From Eledone cirrhosa (taxonomy: Eukaryota), in NCBI GenBank assembly GCA_964016885.1, contig OZ024744.1:78492001-78556000 (forward strand): a stretch of DNA of 64,000 bases. The letters are read 5' to 3'. The notes beneath the pieces were generated by a model that was given only the letters and a program-made list of their open reading frames with translations, did not search any database and was not told where the DNA came from. Positions 52,070 to 63,712 of the stretch are shown one piece after another (positions within the stretch are counted from its first letter, which is position 1; each line of letters starts with the position of its first letter). A program made the translations under genes and the position numbers.

Positions 52070-52712
52070 TTACACTGAGTACTGGGTGCTTTTTGTTCTG
52101 TCACCTACACGACGACTTTGCAGCGTGTACTGGGTGCTTTTTGCCATGACACCTACATGACCACATTACAGTGTGGGTTGGGTGCTTTTTGTCTTGACAC
52201 CTGCGTGACAACTTTACAGTGTGGGCTGGGCACTTTTGCTGTACATGACCACTTTACAATGTGTACTAGCTGTTTTTTGCCATGACATCTACATGACCAC
52301 ATTACAGTGTGGGCTGGGTACTTTTTGTTGTGTCACCTACACGACCACTTTACAGCGTGTACTGGGTGCTTTTTGCCATGACACCTACATGACCACATTA
52401 CAGTGTGGATTGGGTGCTTTTTGTCTTGACACCTGCGTGACAACTTTACAGTGTGGGCTGGGCACTTTTGCTGTACATGACCACTTTACAATGTGTACTA
52501 GCTGTTTTTTGCCATGACGCCCACATGACCACATTACAGTGTGGACTGGGCACTTTTGCTGTACACAACCACTTTACAGCGTGTATTGGCTGCTTTTTGC
52601 CATGACACCAACATGAACACATTACAATGTGGGCTGAGTGCTTTTTTTGTGACACACCTACACGACCACTTTACAGTATGGGCTGGGTGCATTTTGTTGT
52701 GACACCTACACG
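52070..52712 (+). repeat. 48-bp minisatellite inside an RTE-tail SINE, with 232-bp higher-order duplication
   Basis: About 13 units; CTGCGTGACA recurs at 52201 and 52433. Confidence 0.93.
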
Positions 52713-54119
52713 TGTGTGTGGAGGGGGGGGGGGGTATATGTGCTTCAGCTTCGGCCTGTGCCCGTGGTAAGTCGGGTCTCTTCTGTACCTATTTCAAATC
52801 ATTGAGGGCACATGTGTCTTGTGGAATACTCAGCCACTTACATACTAATTTCATAAGCAGGCTGTTCTGATGACCAAACAACCAGAACACTGACCATCAA
52901 TCCAATGGTATTGAGTTTGATATAATCAACAAAAACCTTTACTTTAACTTTATGCCGTTGTGCCTATACTTGAAATGATTTATCATCATCATCATCATCA
53001 TCACCATTTTACGTCCGTTCTTCCACACTAGCATGGGTTAGACGGGTTGTCCTGTTGTGAGCAGTGTCTGGTCGGCTGACCATGCCTTGCTCATACAGGA
53101 ACTGATCTGGCTTGATTTCTACAGCTGGATGCCCTTCCTAACACCAACCTCATTTACAGTGAGTGCTGGGTGCTTTTTTGTGGCGCCTACACGTCCACTT
53201 TACAGTGTGGGCTGGGTGCTTTTTTTTGCCGTGGCACCTCCACGACCACCTTGCGGTGGGAGGTGTGGGGGCATATTGTCTATATGCTTCAGCTTGTACC
53301 CGTGGGGGGTCGGGTACTCTGTATTACTGCGTGACGCCAGAGGTCACGGTCGTGTGTCATCGCCTTTGAGAGGTGTAATTGGGTAAGGTCGGCTTTTATC
53401 GCCTCATATGAACACTTATTTTTTTGTTGTTTTTTGTTTTGTTTTTAAGTACCAATCAAGTATGGACTCACTATAATTTCTGGCCTTTGAGTCTGTGTAA
53501 GTAAATCATTATTATGCAAGCAGGGAAAAGCGGACTTAAAATTATGATGATGATGATGATGGCTTGGCAGTATCGGTAGAGGGTCAGATGCCTTGCTTTG
53601 CAGCATAGAGTTACAGCCCTTTACGAGGTTAGCTTTGCCTTTATGGTAGTCAATAAAATAAAGTACCAATAGTGCACTGGAGTAATTGCTGGCCTTGTGC
53701 CAAAAAGTAAAAACAAATATGGCAATGTGGCTGTGGATTGGCAGGATTTACGACCCTTTACATTTTGCGTTCAAATTCTGTTGAGGTTAACTTTGCATTT
53801 CATCCTTACGGGGTTTGATAAAATAAAATACCAGTAATACACTGGGGTTGGTTTGATCGACTTTCCCCTCCCCTTCAAATTTCTGGCCTTGTGCCTAAAG
53901 TAGAAACAATTATTATGGCAGTGTAGTTAAGAAGTTCACTTTACAGCCAAGCAAACTCTTGGGTTTTATCCCATTGCATGACACCTTGGGCAAGTGTCTC
54001 CTGCTACAACCTCCAATGCCTTGTGAGTGAAAAACTACAAGAAAGCTCCCCTTTCTTCCTCGTCTGTGTGTGTGTGTGTGTGTGTTTGCTAGCAGGGAAA
54101 AAATATGTTAAAGCAATGG

Positions 54120-54365
54120 GTGTCCCTTAATTGGATTCGCACAATTAATGCCTGGACACCCCATTATCTCCATTGATGGAAAATGAAAGACAGCCCAGCA
54201 TGTGATTGTGGGGATCCTGACAGGACAGTGCTGCATGTTCAAGATTTCCCCCTCAGACGTTTTCCGAGCAGCCTGGAGGCAATCCATAATACTACAAAAG
54301 ATGCCTTGGACTAGCTCGTTGGTCTCAACCTGCCTCTTTAACTATTGTGCATATGTCATACAACG
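54120..54365 (+). mobile_element. LINE 3' fragment with CDCG..T..H motif
   Basis: LNWIRT..WKMKDSPACDCGDPDRTVLHV. Confidence 0.55.
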
Positions 54366-54387
54366 GTTTTGTTCCCCTGCCTCTTTA

Positions 54388-54460
54388 TTTTTCTTTTTCT
54401 TTTTCTTTTTCTTTTTCTTTTTCTTTTTCTTTTTCTTTTTCTTTTTCTTTTTCTTTTTCT
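54388..54460 (+). repeat. (TTTTTC)n hexamer microsatellite
   Basis: About 12 perfect units. Confidence 0.95.
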
Positions 54461-55059
54461 CTCTTTTATTTGTGTTTATCAATGGCATTATATTTGTAAT
54501 GTTCTTCTGAATAAATTGCGAGCAATTTATAAACATCCCATTGAGACCTTTGTGTAGGCACCACATGATACACTCTGGTGGCCTTTAAGAGAACTGGGTT
54601 TAGACAAATGACTTGTAAAAATGGTGCAAGCCATTTACAAGGGTACTGTTGGTAAAGTGAGAGTAAATTTCTTTTACATATGTGGTGTTCTTGGCCCTAG
54701 CGCCACCTCCCTACTGGCTACCTGCAGGTGTCAGCCACGTGAGCTAGAATGACTCTTCCAGTACATCTCCCTCATCATCCTCCAAGGAAATGCTTTCTCT
54801 ATTCTGTCCGTTGTGGCCGTGGGGCGGCCAGCGGGTGGGCCCCCATTTGCTTATAATAAAGAGAGATGAGGATAGTGGGAGAGACGAAGTAGTGACAGTG
54901 GGAGTTTGGTTCTTTTGTGTTCGGACCTTGTGTGTGTGTATATGTTTCATATACAGTACTATTAAAAACAGAAAACTAACAAATACAAAATTAAAAAGAA
55001 AGAAAATATTAATTCAACATTAAGTAAGGTGTGTCAATTAGTTATACACCACATGGGGT

Positions 55060-55270
55060 ACAGTAGCATCCCTAAAATAATTTTTGAGGTAAGCCAACAC
55101 CCTCACAGCATTACCATGGGTGATAGCGAAGCTAAGACACTGGAACAACCAAACACCCCCACATGCATTTCCAGATGCTCTGGTACGGTAGACTGCTAAT
55201 AATGTCAATAACTTCCTTGTCAGCAGCCTGCCTCTCCCAAACATCAGGAATGCCACAGGCTGGAAAAACT
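55060..55270 (-). mobile_element. Possible CRE-like (restriction-like endonuclease) non-LTR element C-terminal relic
   Basis: WLFQCLSFAITHGNAVRVL resembles the LFQRLSVAIQRGNA terminal motif of RLE-type elements. Confidence 0.45.
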
Positions 55271-55879
55271 ACTTTGCCAATAATTCTTGGTATTTTAGAA
55301 TTTTATTCTGTTTGTTTATGAAAGCATTGAGTCTTACAAAGTGAGAGGTGGAGAAGAAGTTTAGAGAGCAAGAAGGTATTTATCAAGATTTAGATCTCAG
55401 GAGTTTCAGAATGGCTGTACATGAATATTTGTAAACAAAGCCTTTGAATAAACTTAGTGAAAATTAAAGATATATCAAGCCCACCCTTTAAGGTGGACAT
55501 ATTTTTGAGAAAAGAACACCAAATCTACCCTGTAAAGTGGTTATGTTGGTGACATAGCAAAAAGCGCCTAGTCCACCCTGTTAGGTGGTTAATTTGGTGC
55601 CTCAATAAAGAGCACCCAGTCCACACCATAACATGGTTGACATTAAGAAGAGCATCCAGCCATTGAAACCAAGCCAGAATACAGATCCATATGAGCAAGA
55701 TGTGGTCAAATGACCTGACTTATCTCATAATATGACAACCATGTAAGAGCTGTAGAACCAAGCCATCCATATGAGCAAGATATGGTCACCTGACCTGGCT
55801 TATCTCATATGACAATCCATCTAACCCATTCAAGCATGGGCAATAGACATTAAACAGTGATGAGGATGTTGATACATAC

Positions 55880-56448
55880 ATATCTTATCTTATCTTCTTA
55901 TCTGTCCTGTAGTCTGATGGACTGTTGGGGTGCCACAGATGATCTGGCAACCAGCTCCAGCCATTCCTCTCGCATCTCCACCCTCCTCATGGTTGCACCC
56001 ATCCTCATGCCTATCCATTCCGGGATGTTGTCCTCCCATCTCTTTCTCTATCTACCTCTCTTCCTTCTTCCTTGTACTATTCCCTGTAAGACAGTCTTGG
56101 TAAGCCCTGAAGATCTTGTCACGTGCTCGTACCATCTCAATTTCAGTTTTTTCACAAAGGTCAACAGGTCTTTGTAGAGCCCGATGGCTTGCTAAATTCT
56201 GTTTCGCACCTCCTCATTGGAGATGCAGTCTCTGTAAGTGGTGCCAAGGAGCTTTCTAAAGTATCTCATCTTCATAGCCTGTATTCTTCTCTCCAGATCT
56301 GTTGTTATGTTGTTATTGTCCAAGACTCAGAGGCATACAAGAATATGGACATGACCAGAGAGCGCAACCGTCTGATCTTTGAGCTGATGGCTATGTTCTT
56401 GTCATTTCAGATGGTCTTAAGTTTTGTAAGTGCTGCTGTGGTTTGGGC
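55880..56448 (-). mobile_element. RTE-type LINE 3' fragment
   Basis: Minus translation RRIQAMKMRYFRKLLG..YRD..SNEEVRNRI..KLKLRWYEHVTRSSGLTKTVLQG..RKRGR..RWEDNI; (TAAGA)n-like tail. Confidence 0.85.
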
Positions 56449-57294
56449 ATATATATACATACACACATATATGTATATATATATATGTGTGTATATGTGT
56501 GTGTGTGTATAAATATATATATATATATATCAGATAGAGTGTGCTAAAATACCAGGTGGACTATAACCCACCAGAGTACTCGATACTTTGGGTAGTAGAG
56601 TGGGTAATAGGAAAAGATGCAGGACCCTGATGGCCGAGCTCCAGCCGTTTCGACAGCTAGCTCTGAACTCAGATCTAGCTGTTGAAACAGCCGGAGCTCA
56701 GCCATCGGGGTCTTGAATCTTTTTATACACACACACACACATAGATGTATTCAAAATAGGGTGTGCACAGGATAAAGACAAAGGAAAAAGCAATGGAAAA
56801 ATCGACATTTCTTTAATGAGCATAAAAGTTCGATTTTATTTAGTGTTTACGTTATTTGGTCATCAATTTAGGAATAAAGTAATTAAATGAAACATGCTGA
56901 AATATCCCACACGAGTGTCTATAATTGTCTCATCTTTATTGTTATGAATGCGTGTTACAACTTGGAAATAAGACATACCTTTCGAAATAATATAATATGT
57001 ATAATTGGTATTTATTAGTTGTAGAATTGGCAACAAGGTGAGAGAAATAGTTAGTCTCCACATGGTGTTATTGGTTTTCTGTTCCGAAGTTGAAGTCACC
57101 TGAGAGAGAGTTGCTCTTAATATGTTCACTCCACATGGTGTGGGTGAAATGAAAAGTGGGAGAAGGCAAAATTACCTCTTAACTCCTGGACAGCTGGCTT
57201 TGTAAGAGAGCGGGTACTTTCAGTTTCTCAATTTATAGTCTCCATGGGACGTAACTCTCATTAACTCTCCTTCTCGACCCAAGGGGTCACTACA
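56145..57294 (+). repeat. 1.15-kb direct repeat, copy 1 (LINE fragment + microsatellites + hairpin element + unique DNA + LTR)
   Basis: Co-linear with 61622-62771 at constant offset 5477, no indels, 5 substitutions seen. Confidence 0.97.
57020..57294 (-). repeat. 3' LTR (~275 bp)
   Basis: TGTAG...CTACA termini; abuts PPT (minus strand GGAGGAGGGAAT, 57295-57306); TATAAA on minus strand near 57233-57238; outer boundary inferred from the terminal inverted repeat. Confidence 0.75.
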
Positions 57295-57503
57295 ATTCCC
57301 TCCTCCAGACGATAGGCGAACAACCCGAAGGTAATTGTAGCGAACCCGCAAGAATGGGATCAAGGCAAAGGTATGAAAAAGGTATATGCATACACAATAC
57401 ACAAAAAAGAAATTCTATAGTTAAAGAAACATTCAACTGTTAAGAAACAAGGTAAAGAAAAGCATGTAATACAAAATACAAAAAAGGCTCCATAGTGACC
57501 AGT

Positions 57504-60500
57504 TCAGATGAAAACTGTTTGACAAAGTCTTTCGGGCCAGTGGACTCTTCGACCGGCACGGGTCGTGGTCTTGTATGTAGGTGAAGGTGGAGCAGAAGGA
57601 GCAGGTGACTGTACAATAGAGAAAGAAGGGGGTATTTGTGGATCAGGTGTATGAGCGTCTGTGAATGCCCTTTTCAGTCTGTCAACCGATGCCTTAATGT
57701 CTACAGTAAAATGTTTGTCAGCATGTGCTAACACACGGTAGGGTCCAGAGTACGGTTGTGTGAGAGGTGGTCTAACAGCGTCGTTTTTACAAAGACAAGT
57801 GTCCAGGAGGCAATATCCCTCGGGACTGCAATTTTAATAATTTGTTTCCTGGAATCCATAGGTGGTAAGTCCTTAAAATACGAGCGCAAACGAGATACGT
57901 AGGAAAGAGGATCTTGAATAGCAAGATCGACAGGGGCAAGCATTTGCCCAGGCAACACTAGAGGAGCACCATACAACAATTCAGCCGGGAAGAACCCAAG
58001 GTCCTCCTTTATTGATGACTGAATTCCTAACAACACAATAGGAAGGTACTCGCTCCAACGTAGAGAGTCTGGATAGGCGTGAAGAGAGGTCTTTAATTGG
58101 CGGTGAAAATGCTCCACCATTCCGTTTGAAGCAGGATGGTAAGATGTGGTCCGAATACGTTGAGCGCCAATAATTTTTGTCAGCTCTGAGAAAAGATGTG
58201 ATTCAAACTGCCTACCACGGTCTGTAGTAATTGTGGTTGGCATGCCATAGTGGGCAATCCACCCTGATACCAGGGCACGCGCTATCGTCTCGGCGGTAAT
58301 GTCCTTTAAAAGGATGGCTTCAGGCCATTGCGAAAAACGATCAATGCAGGTCAAAAGGTAAGAATATCCACTACTGACTAGCCAAAGTCCAACAATATCG
58401 ATGTGGATGTGTCGAAAACGAGCAACCGGAGTACTGAAAGTACCAAGTGGAGTCCGGATGTGTCTGTGGACTTTAGATTTTTGACACTGTATGCAGGAAC
58501 AGCACCAAGCAATAATTTCGCACCTCATATTTGGCCAGAAAAATCTAGCCGTTATGAGCTTTACTGTGGCTGAAGATCCTGGGTGATAAATGCTGTGCAA
58601 AGCAAGGAACAGAATTCGACGGTGAGTCTCGGGAACATAAGGTCATGGTGAATCCATAAATACATCGCAGAGAATCTGCCTGTTGGTAGTCAACAAGGGC
58701 AGATATTTCAGGTTGCAAGTCACAAATTTGGGTGATGAAGTGTCCAACGATTCGAGTGCAGGTTGATCTGCTGCCAAATGACTTAAATCTATCTCCTGGG
58801 ATGATGAAATCGAGCTGATTGGCAAGCGTAACAAGGCGTCTGCAGCTGTATTTAGTGAGCCAGAAATGTGTTGGATATCATCGGTAAACAGCGAAATGTA
58901 ATCGAGGTGCCTTGTCTCTCTGGGCGAATATCTGTCGGCTTTAGCCTCAAAGCGAAGGACAGAGGTTTGTTGTCAGTGAAAACTGTAAAATTTCTTCCCT
59001 CAAGAATATGAGAAAAATGTTTCACCGACAGATATATGGCTAATAACTCCTGGCCAAACGTGCTGTAACGAGTTTCTGCCGGTTTCAACTTCCTGGAGAA
59101 AAATACCAAAGGTTGTCGGTTTCCAGCGTTATACTGTTGTAAAACTGCTCCCACAGCAGTATCAGATGCATCGACACAAAGCGAAAGCTTGGCATCTGGT
59201 ATTGGGTGGGCTAGCAAAGATGAATTAGCAAGTGCTGTCTTGACAGCCTGGAAATCTTCGAGTTGTCCTTGTGTCAAGGAAATATCCTCATTCTTCTTAC
59301 GACGATCTTTCAAAATCTCGGTAAGGGAAAACAGTAATTTAGCACATTGAGGAACGAAATGCCTATAGAAATTGATTTGGCCTAGGAAGTGATGCAACTA
59401 GCGAAGTGAGGTAGGCGGAGGTAAATCCTGTATAGCCTTAACTCGCTGTGGAAGGGGCCGAATACCCTCAGCATCGATGATGTGACCTAAAAAATTCAGT
59501 GAAGCGGATCCGAAAACACACTTTGCGGGATTCACTCGAATGCGGTAATCCTGGAGTCGGTGAAATAAAAGGTTCAGATGACGCATATGCTCTTCTGGAG
59601 AGGAACTAGCGACGAGAAGATCATCTATATATGCATAAACGAAGTCCAGATCACGAGTGACCTCGTCTATGAACTGCTGAAAAGTGCTAGCGGCATTCCT
59701 GAGTCCGAAAGGCATGGTTAAAAACTCGAAGGATCCGAGAGGAGTCGTAATAGCTGTTTTCGGAATGTCTTCCTTCTTGACGGGCATTTAGTGGTAAGCT
59801 CGCACTAAATTGAGTTTGAAGAAAATCTTACAACCCTGCAACGAGGATGCAAAATCCTGGAGGTGGGGAATCGGATATTAACCTCCTATAATCCCCAGTG
59901 GGTCTCCAGTCGCCAGAAGTCTTGGGCACCATATGTAATGGGGAAGCCCAAGGTCTCATGGATGGGCAAATAATGCCCAGCTGCAGCATATGGTCGAACT
60001 CGGACCGTGCTACCTTTAACTTGTCCGTCGGTAAACGACATGGACGTGAAAATACTGGAGCACCGATTGTAGAAATAAAATGTTCGGTTGAGTGAGTTGG
60101 CTCAGTAACTTGAAAATTTCCATCAGTGAGCTCTGGGAACGATTCTAACAATGAATGGTAGGCGTCTCCAGCGGCAGCAATGAAGAAGGTTGGGCTAACC
60201 GTTGAAGCACCGGCTCTTCGGCCACGAATTGAGAAACTGGTGATGTCATCCACTAGACGTTGGCCTCGGACACCCACAGTCAAGGAGAAATTATGGAGAA
60301 AATCCACTCCTAAGATTGGGTATAGCAAGTCAGCGACCGTAAAAAAATCCATTTAAAATTCCTACGAAGATTTTGGAATTTGAGGGGAAGTGAGATTTGT
60401 CTGTACATCTTTATAGGTGAGTGGTTAACGGCCTGCAGAGTAACAGATGACTCCACGGGGATATCCTTTAGGCAATGGACCGGCCAAATACTACAGGAGG

Positions 60501-60618
60501 CTCCTGTATCCACGAGGAAGGCTCTTCCAGACAGGAGGTCCTTGTTGAAAAAGTGGCGGTTTGGGTGCTTTACGCTGAGGTCAACTGCCGCCCTCAGTGA
60601 ACCTCTCTGGCGTTTCCC
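57504..60618 (-). pseudogene. pol: pol (protease, RT, RNase H, integrase), broken by stops and frameshifts
   Basis: FLVDTGAS (PR); WASPLHMVPK, MPFGLRNA, YIDD (RT); VDAS, ELLAIY, TDNKPL (RNase H); HSIYHPG..CIQC, HIDIVG, TDRGRQF, NGMVE (IN). Confidence 0.95.
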
Positions 60619-61384
60619 GACTTCGCAAACGAACAAGGCTGCACACAGTGGTTCGCGTTCTCAGCAAAACACTCGTGGTGCAGCATAAAGATGAAGCTGG
60701 TGACCTGGGGCGGTGTCTGAAAGAGGTAGATCTACCGCGACTGCGCGAGCGCGAACGAGCATTACCAGAGTCCTTCAGCATCTGTAGCTCCAGGGTGAGT
60801 TCTTGAATAGCTTTTTGCATAGCCATTATAGCTGCGCTGTCTGCTTGAGTTGCCGCACAGGTGGCATGGCCAGGTTGGCCTGAGCTGGGGAAGAAACAAC
60901 AGCAAGGGTCTCGCTGTCTCCAGCACCCGTGACCTCAAAAACCTTGTCCGCAGAGGCGGCCAGTTGGTCCACAGAACATGTATCCTTAATGGGGGCCAAA
61001 ATTGCTTGAACATTGGTCGGTAGCCGCGAGAAAAACAACTGCTTCAATATTACAGTTTCCGCTACCGACCCCTCTGTTAGGTCTTTCATTCGATGTAAGA
61101 GGTCCGATGGAGTGCCATCCCTGATATGCTCCAAATGGACCAGAGCTCTGAAGAGTTTATAGGCGGACTGTGCAGTCCGGCTGACTATTTTAGCCTTCAA
61201 CGACAGTCGGTGTCTCCAATACAAGATCCTTAATAGTTGGAAGAAGTGCCGGAGGAATGGCACTAAGAACGAAGTGACGTTGCTGTGCTTCAGCGATGTT
61301 GTTAGCCTCGAAAAATGCTTCCATTTGAGCGAACCATAACTTCACGTCGCCCGTATAAGTAGGGAGAATAGATTGAGCTGCCAT
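60594..61384 (-). pseudogene. gag: gag (frameshifted) with CHCC zinc finger
   Basis: MAAQSILPTY..LWFAQMEAFF..PSDLLHRM..LFFSRLP; C-x-HH..F..A..C..PC motif near 60635-60686 across a frameshift. Confidence 0.88.
60612..60618 (-). promoter_or_regulatory. -1 ribosomal frameshift slippery site G GGA AAC (gag to pol)
   Basis: Gag frame TCG GGA AAC, pol frame GGG AAA CGC; gag stop 6 codons later; CTGAGG/CCTCAG stem downstream. Confidence 0.8.
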
Positions 61385-61593
61385 TGGTGCAATCTCAGTA
61401 AGCGGCAAAATGCGTCTCCGTAAAGAAAAATACCTCGAACACAAGGAAAGCAAAAACCAACATGGCGCATGGTTTCACGCCCAAAAACTGTTGAAGAAGA
61501 AAGCCGCCATCTTGATATCTTCAAAAATTTCAGCAAAGGAAAAAAAGAAACGTCAAACACTTTTTTTTTTAGTGGTATGTTTACCATATACCA

Positions 61594-61608
61594 ACGTCTG
61601 GGTCACCA
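61594..61608 (-). promoter_or_regulatory. Primer-binding site complementary to tRNA-Trp
   Basis: Minus strand TGGTGACCCAGACGT versus canonical tRNA-Trp PBS TGGTGACCCCGACGT, upstream of gag. Confidence 0.85.
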
Positions 61609-61621
61609 CTTTAACAATTTG

Positions 61622-62771
61622 AGTTTTTTCACAAAGGTCAACAGGTCTTTGTAGAGCCCGATGGCTTGCTAAATTCTGTTTCGCACCTCCTCATTGGAGA
61701 TGCAGTCTCTGTAAGTGGTGCCAAGGAGCTTTCAAAAGTATCTCATCTTCATAGCCTGTATTCTTCTCTCCAGATCTGTTGTTATGTTGTTATTGTCCAA
61801 GACTCAGAGGCATACAAGAATATGGACATGACCAGAGAGCGCAACCGTCTGATCTTTGAGCTGATGGCTATGTTCTTGTCATTTCAGATGGTCTTAAGTT
61901 TTGTAAGTGCTGCTGTGGTTTGGGCATATATATACATACACACATATATGTATATATATATATGTGTGTATATGTGTGTGTGTGTATAAATATATATATA
62001 TATATATCAGATAGAGTGTGCTAAAATACCAGGTGGACTATAACCCACCAGAGTACTCGATACTTTGGGTAGTAGAGTGGGTAATAGGAAAAGATGCAGG
62101 ACCCTGATGGCCGAGCTCCAGCCGTTTCGACAGCTAGCTCTGAACTCAGATCTAGCTGTTGAAACAGCCGGAGCTCAGCCATCGGGGTCTTGAATCTTTT
62201 TATACACACACACACACATAGATGTATTCAAAATAGGGTGTGCACAGGATAAAGACAAAGGAAAAAGCAATGGAAAAATCGACATTTCTTTAATGAGCAT
62301 AAAAGTTCGATTTTATTTAGTGTTTACGTTATTTGGTCATCAATTTAGGAATAAAGTAATTAAATGAAACATGCTGAAATATCCCACACGAGTGTCTATA
62401 ATTGTCTCATCTTTATTGTTATGAATGCGTGTTACAACTTGGAAATAAGACATACCTTTCGAAATAATATAATATGTATAATTGGTATTTATTAGTTGTA
62501 GAATTGGCAACAAGGTGAGAGAAATAGTTAGTCTCCACATGGTGTTATTGGTTTTCTGTTCCGAAGTTGAAGTCACCTGAGAGAGAGTTGCTCTTAATAT
62601 GTTCACTCCACATGGTGTGGGTGAAATGAAAAGTGGGAGAAAGCAAAATTACATCTTAACTCCTGGACAGCTGGCTTTGTAAGAGAGCGGGTACTTTCAG
62701 TTTCTCAATTTATAGTCTCCATGGGATGTAACTCTCATTAACTCTCCTTCTCGACCCAAGGGGTCACTAGA
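61622..62771 (+). repeat. 1.15-kb direct repeat, copy 2
   Basis: Same ORFs recur in the ORF track at +5477 (56544/62021, 56863/62340). Confidence 0.97.
62497..62771 (-). repeat. 5' LTR (~275 bp)
   Basis: Copy of 57020-57294 at offset 5477 with 4 substitutions. Confidence 0.75.
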
Positions 62772-63619
62772 GTTCCATCTCCTCAGTCAATATGGGCTGA
62801 AGTCCAAACTGCAGACAAAGAAGAATGACACTGATGTGTAAATAAGTTAAGAAGGAAGAATAAAAGAAGACAGACTGGGTGGAGTGATGTCTATTATATG
62901 CAGATATTACTACAACAGAAGTCTTATAACGAAAAGAGAATCAAATGCCTACTTATACCTTTTAATAATTACAGGTTGAAACATCTATGGACCTTGTTTA
63001 TCACAAACAATTGTATAATTTAATTCCCTGTAGAGGAGGTCTTAAGAAAATACCTTGGTCGGTGTGGTCCTTCTTCTGTACTTGCTGTGACAGGCTTCCG
63101 ACATCCTTTTTAACACTCAATACGATATAAACACATATTTATTGTTATAAAGCCGAATTTCTATACATACAGGAGGATATAAGGAATGAAAGCAATTACT
63201 GGCCGGTAAATTGAAGGTAGGCAGGTACTGCCTGGAAGAAAACAGGAAATATTGAATATCTCATATCGCAACAGAACAATTCCTGAAATGTGGAATATGT
63301 CTCGTTGATAAATGTTTAGTTTTTCCTTACAGGATTATATAAGGATTACAGTAGGAGCTATCCTGTAGTAGGTCTTCTCATATTGCTGGCCAGAGTCTTA
63401 TCTCCCATGTGCTGGCAGGTTTTCACGACGAGGCGACAATGTATTCATACGCGATTTAATACAATTGGTTTGTTTAACCAAATCACATATGAAATATTGC
63501 TATTGCAATTTTATGAAGTAGTTCCGCTACATCCTCATAAGGCCTCACCATTCATATTTAGAGATTAGGATTGCTGTTCCTTCCAATCACTCCTTTCCAT
63601 GTCGGCCAGTCAGCGAGGC

Positions 63620-63646
63620 AGAGGAGGAGGAGGATGAGGAGACGGC

Positions 63647-63712
<66 letters not shown>
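63620..63712 (+). repeat. Compound (GAG)n(GGC)n(GAC)n triplet repeat
   Basis: Direct observation. Confidence 0.95.

Larger units (their letters stand above)
57020..62771 (-). mobile_element. Ty3/Gypsy LTR retrotransposon, CsRn1/Kabuki-like clade, decayed
   Basis: Gag-PR-RT-RNaseH-IN order on the minus strand, tRNA-Trp PBS, PPT next to LTR, LTR ends TGTAG...CTACA, CHCC Gag motif. Confidence 0.93.

Noticed and set aside
54202-54566. Poly-Phe / poly-Lys ORFs
   Set aside because: Translation of the (TTTTTC)n repeat
56145-57019. Treating the whole 1.15-kb repeat as a normal LTR
   Set aside because: It starts in the middle of a LINE that continues outside the left copy, lacks a TG start there and contains host repeats; a TGTAG...CTACA unit of ~275 bp fits better
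57295-57503. env-like third ORF in the Gypsy element
   Set aside because: Only ~200 bp between the pol stop and the PPT, with no suitable ORF
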